A DNA stretch of 64,000 nucleotides from an uncultured Rhodocyclaceae bacterium (GTDB taxonomy: Bacteria; Pseudomonadota; Gammaproteobacteria; Burkholderiales; Rhodocyclaceae): the NCBI GenBank assembly GCA_907163075.1, contig CAJQTY010000003.1, forward strand, positions 50,637 through 114,636, read 5' to 3'. Numbering within the stretch: position 1 is the stretch's first letter; the number at the start of each line of letters is the position of its first letter. Below are positions 49,078-57,202 of this stretch, piece by piece. The position numbers were made by a program, and so were the translations under genes. A model generated the notes under the pieces. That model made no database searches, was not told the DNA's origin, and was given only the letters and a program-made list of their open reading frames with translations.

Positions 49078-49152
49078 GTAGGGCGGATGAGCGTAGCGTT
49101 ATCCGCCGAACGGCGCTTATGTGGCGGAAGGCGCTGCGCTTTTCCGCCCTAC
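49078..49152. repeat. REP/BIME-like palindromic element, copy 3
   Basis: GTAGGGCGGATGAGCGTAGCGTTATCCGCC ... GGCGGAAGGCGCTGCGCTTTTCCGCCCTAC. Lies between convergent genes. Confidence 0.8.
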
Positions 49153-49294
49153 CTACTGCTTGCATAAGTGCCAGACAGCGCGCAACACCACAGCAGATTC
49201 GGCCTCTCGACATCATAATGACTTAAGTTAGTGACATGGGGGACAGGCTCGAGTTAACCAGCAGCGTGGCTCCTTTCTCATTTTCGGAAGGTGG

Positions 49295-50266
49295 TCACGA
49301 GTGCAGCAGCGAACAAAACCGGTCAAGATCGACGTTGCCGCCACTGACAATAACGCCGACACGCTTGCCCTTCAGTTCGCCACCCATGGCACGGGCCGCT
49401 GCAAGCCCGAGGCAGCCGGTCGGCTCGACCACCAGCTTCATGCGTTCGGCAAAGAAACGCATGCAATCGACGAGTTGTGCGTCGCTGACCGTCAGGATGT
49501 CGTCGACGTCGCGCCGGATGATCTCGAACGTATACGAACCGAGATGCTGCGTCTGCGCGCCGTCGGCTATTGTCTTCGGCGTATCGATATGCACGATGGC
49601 GCCGGAACGGAAGGAACGCTGGCCGTCATTGCCGGCTTCCGGTTCGACGCCGTAGAGGGTGCAACTGGGAAAAAGCGCGCGCGTCGACAAGGCTGACCCG
49701 GAGAGCAGACCGCCGCCACCCAGGCAGACGAACAAGGCATCAAGTTCACCGACGTCTTCGAACAGTTCTTTCGCGGCGGTTCCCTGGCCGGCAATCACGT
49801 CCGGGTGATCGTACGGCGGTATCAGCGTCAGACCGTGCTTTTCGGCGAGATCGTTGCCAATCTTCTCGCGATCCTCGGTGTATCGGTCGTAGTTGATCAC
49901 TTTCCCTCCGTAACCGCGCGTTGCGGCCATCTTTGCCGCCGGTGCGTCGTTCGGCATGACGATGGTCGCAGGAATACCGAGCAAGGACGCCGATAAAGCG
50001 ATGGCTTGCGCGTGATTGCCAGAGGAGTAGGTCACCACGCCGGCCTTGCGCTGGCGCTCGTTAAACCTTGACAGCGCGTTGAAGGCGCCGCGAAACTTGA
50101 AGGCGCCCATGCGCTGCAGGTTTTCGCATTTGAAGAAAACCTCGGCGCCAATTTCCTGGTTCATGGTGCGCGAGGTCAAAACCGGCGTGCGGTGAGCAAA
50201 GCCTTTGATACGCTCCGCAGCGACGATTACATCAGCGTAAGTGGGGAGGGTCAGCATCGTGTTCAT
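49295..50266 (-). CDS. fold-type II PLP enzyme, serine/threonine dehydratase / serine-racemase / 3-hydroxyaspartate-dehydratase-like
   Basis: 323 aa. KCENLQRMGAFKFRGAFNAL (PLP Lys), SSGNHAQA, GGGGLLSG. Confidence 0.85.
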   Translation of the reverse strand: MNTMLTLPTYADVIVAAERIKGFAHRTPVLTSRTMNQEIGAEVFFKCENLQRMGAFKFRGAFNALSRFNERQRKAGVVTYSSGNHAQAIALSASLLGIPATIVMPNDAPAAKMAATRGYGGKVINYDRYTEDREKIGNDLAEKHGLTLIPPYDHPDVIAGQGTAAKELFEDVGELDALFVCLGGGGLLSGSALSTRALFPSCTLYGVEPEAGNDGQRSFRSGAIVHIDTPKTIADGAQTQHLGSYTFEIIRRDVDDILTVSDAQLVDCMRFFAERMKLVVEPTGCLGLAAARAMGGELKGKRVGVIVSGGNVDLDRFCSLLHS

Positions 50267-50284
50267 CCTTCTGAAGTGATGGAG

Positions 50285-51271
50285 TTACCAGGGCCAATCG
50301 ACGAGGCTGCCGATGGCGCGTGCTTGCGCTTGTTGCATTGCCAAACGAGCCACCGTAAGGTCTTGCAGGGCAATGCCGGTCATGTCGAAGATGGTGATGT
50401 CGTCCGCCTGCCGGTCAAAAACAGCCTTCCCGGTTAGCAGATCGCCAAGCGTCGTGCAGGGCGTGTCTTTCGCCCATTGTGTTTCACCGATCGCACGGGC
50501 TTGCCTTGCGTCGTCGACAAACAGTCGGACACGCTTGAGCAGGCCGTCGGGAAGCTCGCGCTTGCCTTCCGTGTCCGTGCCGACACAATTGAGATGCGTG
50601 CCCCGCTGAACGGCGTCCAGACTGAAGAGCGCGCCAGTACCTGGTGTCGCGGTGATAACAATGTCGCTCGCAGCAACGGCCGCATCACGATCCGTGACGT
50701 GGGAAACAGCGCAGCCGATGGCAGTCGCCTCCGCCTCGATCATGGCTTCGAATCGCGAGTCGGGTTCGCCGTTCTTGCTCACGTAGTGAACGGTTCGCAA
50801 GCTTGGCAGCAATCGAAGCGCAAAGCGCGTCTGAATCCGTGCCTGAACGCCGGCGCCAAAAATGCACAGCCGGGTGCTGTCGCGCCGAGCAAACTGCAAC
50901 AGTCCGAGCGCGCCGGCAGCGCCGGTGCGCAGCGTGGTGACGATGTTGCCGTCGAGTACGGACAAAGGGCGTCCGGTTTCCGGATCGAACAGCAGAATGG
51001 TTGCCTGGTGCGGTTCGCCGCCGAGCGCCCGGTTATCGGCCCAGAATCCGGCAGCCTTGAAGCCCAGTAGACCTTGCGCGCCAACGTCGCCCGACTTGAT
51101 CCCGAAGACTCCACCGGAACACAGCTTTTCACGCACGACAGGGAAAACACGGCCCTCGCCCAGGCTGTGAAGCTTGAATGCCTCCCTTACGGCCTCAAGC
51201 ACATCGTCGGGATCGAGCAGTAATTCAAGCTGATTCCTGTCAAGCAACAACAGCTTCGAGTTTCGGGGCAT
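50285..51271 (-). CDS. ornithine cyclodeaminase / mu-crystallin family NAD(P) enzyme
   Basis: 328 aa from ATG 51271 (GGAAGGA RBS). TTLRTGAAGA, IFGAGVQA Rossmann motif. Confidence 0.85.
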   Translation of the reverse strand: MPRNSKLLLLDRNQLELLLDPDDVLEAVREAFKLHSLGEGRVFPVVREKLCSGGVFGIKSGDVGAQGLLGFKAAGFWADNRALGGEPHQATILLFDPETGRPLSVLDGNIVTTLRTGAAGALGLLQFARRDSTRLCIFGAGVQARIQTRFALRLLPSLRTVHYVSKNGEPDSRFEAMIEAEATAIGCAVSHVTDRDAAVAASDIVITATPGTGALFSLDAVQRGTHLNCVGTDTEGKRELPDGLLKRVRLFVDDARQARAIGETQWAKDTPCTTLGDLLTGKAVFDRQADDITIFDMTGIALQDLTVARLAMQQAQARAIGSLVDWPW

Positions 51272-51932
51272 GAGACAGTCCTTCCGTGGATTGGATGCCG
51301 ATTTTCCTGGTATCGATATAGACGGTTGCCCGGGAAACGCCAAGATGCCGCGCCACCGTATCGATCGCGCGTCGCACTTCCAGCAAGCCGCCTTCCTTGA
51401 GTTCGCGCAGCAAGGCTCTGCGCTCATCGGTTTTCAATGCACGCGGCGTTGTCGACCGACGCGCAGCGAAGTCGTCGATGTATTCCCTGAGCGAGTGCGA
51501 GCCGACGGGAGCCAGGGATTCGTCGATGCCCGGTTTGACGGCCGTATTGCCGAACCTGGTCAGCACATTCTGAAGATTCTGGAATACCGTCAGATCGACA
51601 TTCAGGCACAGCGCCGCCACATACTGTCCGCGTGTATCCCTGATACCGATCGACGTGCTTTTGGCTTGTCGGCCATCGGGGAAGCGATTCGGATAGTTGG
51701 CGACGACCTCGGGGAAACCGGGATTGGCAATCCGCTGTTCGCCCAATTCGGTCATCGGGTCCCCGATTTCGCGACCGGACAGGTTGTTGTGAATCGCCAG
51801 GATTGCATGCTCCGGTTTCATCAGATCATGCACGACAACCTCGCAAAAGGGCGCAAAGGTCTCGCCGAGTCCGCGCGCTATCTGCTGAAGCTGTTCAAGC
51901 AGGTAGTTATGCTCCAGGGGTTTCATTTTCAT
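51240..51932 (-). CDS. YheO/DauR-like transcriptional regulator (PAS-like + HTH)
   Basis: 230 aa. FCEVVVHDL, LNVDLT, C-terminal VARHLGVSRATVY HTH. The 3' end overlaps the next gene by 32 nt. Confidence 0.8.
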   Translation of the reverse strand: MKMKPLEHNYLLEQLQQIARGLGETFAPFCEVVVHDLMKPEHAILAIHNNLSGREIGDPMTELGEQRIANPGFPEVVANYPNRFPDGRQAKSTSIGIRDTRGQYVAALCLNVDLTVFQNLQNVLTRFGNTAVKPGIDESLAPVGSHSLREYIDDFAARRSTTPRALKTDERRALLRELKEGGLLEVRRAIDTVARHLGVSRATVYIDTRKIGIQSTEGLSHAPKLEAVVA

Positions 51933-51933
51933 G

Positions 51934-51962
51934 TTTACATTTTATAAATAACTTTACATTTT
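51934..51962. promoter_or_regulatory. direct repeat TTTACATTTT x2 (19-bp period) immediately upstream of the YheO-like gene
   Basis: gTTTACATTTTataaataacTTTACATTTTgtc in an AT-rich tract starting 2 nt from the start codon. Confidence 0.35.
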
Positions 51963-52185
51963 GTCAATTTCACGGCCGATGAAATACGATGCCATTGCCC
52001 GGAAGGATCGTCGGAGCAGGTATTGGCCGGTTGATTCAACCCTAGTCATTCGGGCGCAGGCCGGAATCCAGGTTTGCGGAGCACTCACTGGGTAACGTGT
52101 TCCGCGTGCGGGATGCCAAGATATTCGAAAGCGGCGTTCAGCAGTCCATTCCCGGCATCGCTGGCGTCGCCCAGAGCGCAGCATC

Positions 52186-52273
52186 GTAGGTCGGAAAAGC
52201 GTAGCGCCTTCCGACGGGCGAGACACACGCCACCGCCGAACGTCGGAAGACGCCTTCGGCTTTTCCGACCTAC
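52186..52273. repeat. REP/BIME-like palindromic element, copy 4
   Basis: GTAGGTCGGAAAAGCGTAGCGCCTTCCGAC ... GTCGGAAGACGCCTTCGGCTTTTCCGACCTAC. This copy is in a divergent intergenic region. Confidence 0.85.
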
Positions 52274-52395
52274 AGGGTATCGGCAAAACGACTTTGCGAT
52301 TCGTGCGATCGCCCTGCCGCTTGACCGGGCCAAAAACCGCCGCGGCTGGAATATATGCGAAAATTCGCCCGGTTCTGATCCCGGATATCATCACC

Positions 52396-52857
52396 ATGCT
52401 GATCAACGCGTTTCCGCACGGCATGCAACAGTACCTGGTCGGTGGCTTGTTCATCGGCCTGGGAATTGCCACTCTCTTCGTCAGCACCGGTCGCATGGGA
52501 GGCGTAAGCACCTTTTTCAGTGCGATCTGGTCGTACGTCTCCAGCGCGCCTTATTTTCAGTCCGCGCCAATCGTCTCCGGGCGCCGCTGGCGGCTTGTCT
52601 ACAGCACAGGACTGGTGCTCGGCGGCGCCCTCTACGTGGCCCTGGGTTTGCCCGTCGAGGCCACGCATGTGCCCGCATGGAAACTCGCCGTGGGCGGCGC
52701 AATCAGCGGTTTCGGGGCGCGTCTCGGCGGTGGCTGTACGTCCGGACACGGCATCTGCGGCATGGCCTCGCTGTCCGTCGGATCGATGCTGATCGTGCTG
52801 ACTTTCCTGAGTACGGCCATCGTGGTCGCACATGTCGTCCGGGCGCTGGGGATATGA
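52396..52857 (+). CDS. YeeE/YedE-family sulfur-compound transport protein (half-size)
   Basis: 153 aa, four TM segments. GARLGGGCTSGHGICG signature. Confidence 0.8.
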   Translation: MLINAFPHGMQQYLVGGLFIGLGIATLFVSTGRMGGVSTFFSAIWSYVSSAPYFQSAPIVSGRRWRLVYSTGLVLGGALYVALGLPVEATHVPAWKLAVGGAISGFGARLGGGCTSGHGICGMASLSVGSMLIVLTFLSTAIVVAHVVRALGI

Positions 52858-53288
52858 GCATCAATCAGCCCACGCTGGCTTCTTTCGCGACGCTGCTCAG
52901 CGGCGTGCTTTTCGGCTTCGGGCTGGCATTGGCGACGATGATCCGGCCGGAATCGGTGTTGAGCTTTCTCCAGTTTGACGACTTTGGCCTGCTGCTGGTG
53001 CTCGGTTCGGCGGTCACCCTGAATCTCGCGGTTTTTTGGCTCGCGCCGCGTTGGCGCACGCGTCCCTTGTTTGGCGACACGTTCCAGACCCGGCCTTTTA
53101 GCATTGACCGGCGCAGCCTTGTTGGCGGCATACTGTTCGGAATCGGCTGGGGCCTGTGCGGCGTTTGTCCCGGTCCGGCGCTGGCCGGGATCGGTGCGGG
53201 AAGCATGGATTTGCTGGTGGCCCTCGGCGGCATCCTGGCCGGCGCCTTGGCGCACGGCCTGTGGGCCAGTCGCCAGCGCGACGCTTAA
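52854..53288 (+). CDS. second half-size YeeE/YedE-like membrane protein
   Basis: 144 aa. The ATGA overlaps the upstream stop. GIGWGLCGVCPGPALAG signature. Confidence 0.75.
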   Translation: MSINQPTLASFATLLSGVLFGFGLALATMIRPESVLSFLQFDDFGLLLVLGSAVTLNLAVFWLAPRWRTRPLFGDTFQTRPFSIDRRSLVGGILFGIGWGLCGVCPGPALAGIGAGSMDLLVALGGILAGALAHGLWASRQRDA

Positions 53289-53302
53289 GGCCTGTTCCGC
53301 CT

Positions 53303-53569
53303 TCAATATTTGGCGCAGCCGGAACGATTAACCTCGTAGCCGTTATCGATCGACCAGCAACGGATGATTTCACGACTTTGCCGGCCCACACCGGGAGCAC
53401 GCTCCAGCATCCGGTGAGCGAGCCTGGCGACCGCCTCGGGGTAACGACCGGCTGGCGGGCCGGTGACGCTCTCGGTCGGTCGCAGGACGGCGCACGCCGG
53501 CCAGACAACTATCACACTCAACGGATTGCAGCCGGATTTCGGAAGCGCGCGCGATGCCCTGATGCGCAA
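53303..53569 (-). CDS. hypothetical small protein (possibly a gene fragment)
   Basis: 88-aa ORF whose third codon positions are GC-rich, as in neighbouring genes. ...IIRCWSIDNGYEVNRSGCAKY. No family recognised. Confidence 0.3.
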   Translation of the reverse strand: MRIRASRALPKSGCNPLSVIVVWPACAVLRPTESVTGPPAGRYPEAVARLAHRMLERAPGVGRQSREIIRCWSIDNGYEVNRSGCAKY

Positions 53570-53604
53570 ACCATGCGCATGGAATCGGCTAACTGCGGTT
53601 TGTA

Positions 53605-53640
53605 GTCAATAAAGCCGGCACCCGGAAAAACGAGGTGCCG
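53605..53640 (-). terminator. possible terminator after the PEP-CTERM gene
   Basis: Minus strand CGGCACC-N11-GGTGCCG followed by GCTTTATT. Confidence 0.35.
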
Positions 53641-53653
53641 ACCGGCCAATACC

Positions 53654-54289
53654 TCAGTATTTGGCGCGCCGACGGGCCACAAACCCGATCATTCCCAGCC
53701 CGGCCAGTATCATGGCGTAGGTTTCAGGCTCTGGAACGGCTGTCGTAATCCTGGCTGCCAGGGGGGTGGCGGCAGGCGCCCAATGTTTTGGGAGGCCGAA
53801 ATCGGAACTCGTAGAGGCGAAAAGCGTTGGTGTGACGGGGGAGAAATTCGCTGCCCAACTGCCAAAAAAGCCTGGGTCGGGAATTGCCGCAAGCCAGTAT
53901 GTTCCTGCATCGAGGGACCAGTTCAACCCGGAAAGCAGCACGTTGGCAGACGGCTGGTTCAGCACCGCCTGGTAGAGAAAAGTGTCGGATGGCAAATTGT
54001 TCAGGTTGCTCATCACGCCCAGCGACATGGTTGGCGTACCGGAACTCCACGTGATAGCGGCCAGAACACTATCGATGGTGACACGGGTCGACGCAGTAAA
54101 CTGTACGGCCAAGTTGAATCTAGTATCGAGACCCATCGGAAAATTATCAACCCCTCCGCTCGGGTTGTATGTGTCGATAAGGACATCCCCCCGGGCATCC
54201 ACGATGCCGGTACCCACGGAAATCGCGGCGGCGGCCAGCAGGCTGCGCGTGACGATGGAAAGCTTGCCAGCCATCGAATTCATGTTCAT
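53654..54289 (-). CDS. PEP-CTERM sorting-domain protein
   Basis: 211 aa from ATG 54289. Signal peptide. C-terminus VPEPETYAMILAGLGMIGFVARRRAKY is PEP + TM + basic cluster. Visibly lower GC. Confidence 0.78.
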   Translation of the reverse strand: MNMNSMAGKLSIVTRSLLAAAAISVGTGIVDARGDVLIDTYNPSGGVDNFPMGLDTRFNLAVQFTASTRVTIDSVLAAITWSSGTPTMSLGVMSNLNNLPSDTFLYQAVLNQPSANVLLSGLNWSLDAGTYWLAAIPDPGFFGSWAANFSPVTPTLFASTSSDFGLPKHWAPAATPLAARITTAVPEPETYAMILAGLGMIGFVARRRAKY

Positions 54290-54464
54290 GAAAGTCCTCT
54301 CTTTAAAAGAATGCAAATTAAAAATCGTGCTCAAGGCCCTGCCGCGTCGATAGCGAGCCCTGCTCAATACAAAAATCCGACATCAGCACGTTCCGGGCTG
54401 ACGCGGCAGACGTCACGGCAAGCAATCCAGCAGACGGTTTATCAACGGGATGCGGCAAACAGTC

Positions 54465-54557
54465 TCAGGCACCGATCGAGCCAAGACCGGCCAGCATCAT
54501 GGCATAGGTTTCCGGTTCGGGAAAGGATAGGAAAGGCAAGCTGGCCCTAGCGAATCG
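54465..54557 (-). pseudogene. second PEP-CTERM-like coding remnant, out of frame with the upstream hydrolase ORF and lacking the basic tail
   Basis: Alternative frame reads RFARASLPFLSFPEPETYAMMLAGLGSIGA*. The nucleotide core CCGGCCAG.ATCATGGC.TAGGTTTC is shared with the 53654 gene tail. Confidence 0.5.
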
Positions 54558-55480
54558 TCATGAGTTGGTTGTAGCAGGCAGCCCAACTCGGCAAAAAACT
54601 CGCGGCGATAATGCGAGCCGTTACCGCTCAAACGATGATCTGCGCCGGGATAGACACGGGCGATGAGGTTGTTCTTGCCAGCGTCCTTGAACTTTGCTTC
54701 GAGAAACTGCACAGACTCGACCGGAACGCTTTCATCTTGCTCACCAATACCGATCAGAATGGGAATATTCAACTTGAGAAAGTCGGGAAGTGGATCGATG
54801 TCCATGATGTCCGACCACCAGCGATAGCGGTTGCCGTACCAGTCTTTTTCGATGTTGCGGGGATCAACGGCAATTTTCTCCCAAGCAGCGTTGACGTCGA
54901 ACTGTATCGCGCCCCTTTGCTTGAGTAGGGCAAGCGATTTCCGCATTGAATAGCCACCGCTACCGATAATTGCGAGATGGGTAACCGCGTGCGACAATCC
55001 AGCAACCTTCGTTGCGGGTAACGCGCCTTCTGAGACACCGACCAGGACGACGTTCTTCGGCTTTGCCGCGACGGAGCCTACCTGTGCAGCGATGAATTCT
55101 GAATAATCGGCAATCCATTGGTCTGGATTGTTTACCAGATGAAAGTCACGGCCACAGTCGAACAGTCCAGTGGAGCGGTCGGGCACATATCGCTTGTTGA
55201 GGACAAAAACACGGGCGTTGGCCGTGAGGCCACTTACATATCCAGGCATTACGGACTTCCAGCTGGGGCAGCCTGTCGCGCCGTAGAAAAAAACCATAGT
55301 ATCCAACTGCGCAGCGTCACCAACGATGAACGAGTAGTAGATGCTTGAACCACCATCTGTGTAGAAAAACGAGTGCGGCTGAAGTGCTTCGCTACCGTAC
55401 ATGTGTGCCGTACGCTGAATGATCGCGCAACCGGACAAGACAAAAGCAAGCGACAGAGCAAAGAGCGTGAGAAGGCGCAT
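54497..55480 (-). CDS. alpha/beta-hydrolase-like lipoprotein
   Basis: 327 aa from ATG 55480. MRLLTLFALSLAFVLSGC lipobox. VVLVGVSEGA (nucleophile-elbow-like), PILIGIGEQDESVP, GADH. Lower GC than its surroundings by eye. Confidence 0.68.
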   Translation of the reverse strand: MRLLTLFALSLAFVLSGCAIIQRTAHMYGSEALQPHSFFYTDGGSSIYYSFIVGDAAQLDTMVFFYGATGCPSWKSVMPGYVSGLTANARVFVLNKRYVPDRSTGLFDCGRDFHLVNNPDQWIADYSEFIAAQVGSVAAKPKNVVLVGVSEGALPATKVAGLSHAVTHLAIIGSGGYSMRKSLALLKQRGAIQFDVNAAWEKIAVDPRNIEKDWYGNRYRWWSDIMDIDPLPDFLKLNIPILIGIGEQDESVPVESVQFLEAKFKDAGKNNLIARVYPGADHRLSGNGSHYRREFFAELGCLLQPTHDDSLGPACLSYPFPNRKPMP

Positions 55481-55588
55481 CGGTTTAGTCGTTGCGAGAG
55501 GCGTCGTAGCGGGCGGCACGGGTGCAGAACGTGACGTCCCTGTTGAATGATGGAGATGGGTGTCGGTTGTCAACGAAAGGCGTCCGAA

Positions 55589-55660
55589 ATGAATGCTACT
55601 ACCGTCGCGATTGAGGTCGCCAAGAGTATATTCCAGTTTGCGGTCGCCGATGCCAATTGG
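55589..55660 (+). pseudogene. 24-codon N-terminal stub of a second IS110-type transposase
   Basis: MNATTVAIEVAKSIFQFAVADANW matches the M..ITVGIDxAKxxF N-terminus of IS110 transposases. It abuts the MaoC fragment. Confidence 0.4.
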
Positions 55661-55882
55661 ATGAGGACGCCCGATTCTTTCCGTACCAGCAAACCGATTC
55701 TTAGCGGAGCCAGAAACGGTACACGGTTGCCGCCCCACCTCAGGTTCGTCAATGGCACCGGCGGCAGAAAACTGCCGCGCGCCGGGTGGCCATCAGCCCG
55801 CCTGGCGCAGAACAATCAGGTCCTCGTCGGAACGCGATTTGCCGATCCAGGTACGGCGGTGATCCAGGTCAATTTCGCCAGT
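55660..55882 (-). pseudogene. truncated, internally deleted remnant of a paralog of the MaoC-type hydratase gene at 36023-36874
   Basis: Ungapped hand alignment of 55672-55795 against 36546-36669 gives 104/124 identical. A second block aligns to 36788-36868. 118 nt are missing between two CCATCAG repeats. The ATG is lost and the frames differ. Confidence 0.75.
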
Positions 55883-55892
55883 GTGCGGACGC

Positions 55893-56375
55893 CTATTCCG
55901 CAGGCAGGCCGTGCCGCCATTCCCAGGGCGGCGTCGGGTTCTTACTGTTCCAGAGGCCAAAGCGGCGAATCTTCGCGTTGAACTCGGCCTGCTCGTAGCC
56001 GGCGCGCTCACTCGCCGTCTGTTGCGTGCCCTCCTGCTGATACCAGGCCATGCCGCCACGCAGTTGCTCTAGGCCAATGTCCTTGCCGGAAACCGTAACC
56101 AGACAGACCGCCGGCCGCTTCGCCTCGCGCACCGTGCATTGCGCCAGGGCTTGCTGGTTAAAGGCCAGAGCGGACAGCCGGGTCCTGGACTGCTGCCCGA
56201 AGTCCTGGCCGATCTCGGGGGCGTCGATGTCCGCCAGGCGGATTGTGTGCTGCCGGCTGGTCGCGTCGACAAGCGTCAGCGTATCGCCGTCGGCGATGCG
56301 CGTCACCACGCCGGTCACGGTTTCGGCATTCACCGCTAGCGACCACAGTGCAAGGACAACGGCGAGAGCGTGCAT
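55893..56375 (-). CDS. secreted thermonuclease (staphylococcal nuclease, SNase-like)
   Basis: 160 aa. Signal peptide MHALAVVLALWSLAVNA, then VTRIADGDTLTL...IRLADIDAPE and GLW near the C-terminus. Confidence 0.8.
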   Translation of the reverse strand: MHALAVVLALWSLAVNAETVTGVVTRIADGDTLTLVDATSRQHTIRLADIDAPEIGQDFGQQSRTRLSALAFNQQALAQCTVREAKRPAVCLVTVSGKDIGLEQLRGGMAWYQQEGTQQTASERAGYEQAEFNAKIRRFGLWNSKNPTPPWEWRHGLPAE

Positions 56376-56398
56376 CGGTGACAATCCAGAAATCTCCC

Positions 56399-57157
56399 TC
56401 AAATCGTCATCCCGCCGTTGATGGAAATCGTCTCGCCGTTCATGAACGCTGCTTCGTCGCAAGCGGCAAATAGAATCGCCGCCGCGATCTCGTCGTCACG
56501 GCCGAAGCGCCCCATCGGCTGGCGTGCCGTGAATTCGGCGCGCGCTTTTTCCGGATCGTCGAAGGCTTGCAGGCGCTGCTCCAGCGAAGGCGTATAAGTG
56601 GTCCCGGGGCACACGCAATTGACGCGGATGTTCTCGCCCAGGTAATCCCGTGCCATGGCGCGGGTCAGCGCCAATAGCGCGCCCTTCGATGCGGAATAGG
56701 CGGCGCGGTCGGGTATTCCCTTTTCCGCCGCCACCGAGGAAACATGCACGATCACGCCACCGCCCGACTGGCGCATGGCCTGGATGGCATGGCGCGAAAC
56801 GAGATAGCTGCCCTTGACGTTGACCGCAAAGGTGCGCTCCCAGTCGTCCTCGCTGATGTTGTCGACGCGCCCCGGGAGCACGATTCCCGCGTTGTTGACC
56901 AGAACATGCAGCCGCCCGAAGCGGCGAACAGCTTCCTCCACCAGGCGCCGCGCGTCGTCGTTGCACGAAACATCGCCCTGAACGAAGAGCGCCGCGCGGC
57001 CTTCACTCCTGAGCAGAGCGAGCGTTTCCGAGCCGCTGGCGGCGGACTGGGAATTGACCACGACACTGGCGCCCTCGCGGGCAAAGGCCAGCGCGGCGGC
57101 CCGGCCGATCCCGGCGCCCGAACCGGTAATCAGCACCACCTTGTCGACAAAACGCAT
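56399..57157 (-). CDS. short-chain dehydrogenase/reductase (SDR)
   Basis: 252 aa from ATG 57157 (GGAAGGAGG RBS). TGSGAGIGRA, NNAG, YSASKGAL. Confidence 0.9.
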   Translation of the reverse strand: MRFVDKVVLITGSGAGIGRAAALAFAREGASVVVNSQSAASGSETLALLRSEGRAALFVQGDVSCNDDARRLVEEAVRRFGRLHVLVNNAGIVLPGRVDNISEDDWERTFAVNVKGSYLVSRHAIQAMRQSGGGVIVHVSSVAAEKGIPDRAAYSASKGALLALTRAMARDYLGENIRVNCVCPGTTYTPSLEQRLQAFDDPEKARAEFTARQPMGRFGRDDEIAAAILFAACDEAAFMNGETISINGGMTI

Positions 57158-57202
57158 CGATCGCCTCCTTCCACAATGAATAAGCAAACCGGTGGAGAAT
57201 GC

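Noticed and set aside
48315-55589. Composite transposon bounded by two IS110 copies
   Set aside because: The two stubs are divergently oriented, only about 60% identical in the comparable 66 nt, and both are heavily truncated. I saw no flanking target duplications. The idea is kept only as a 'mosaic patch' observation.
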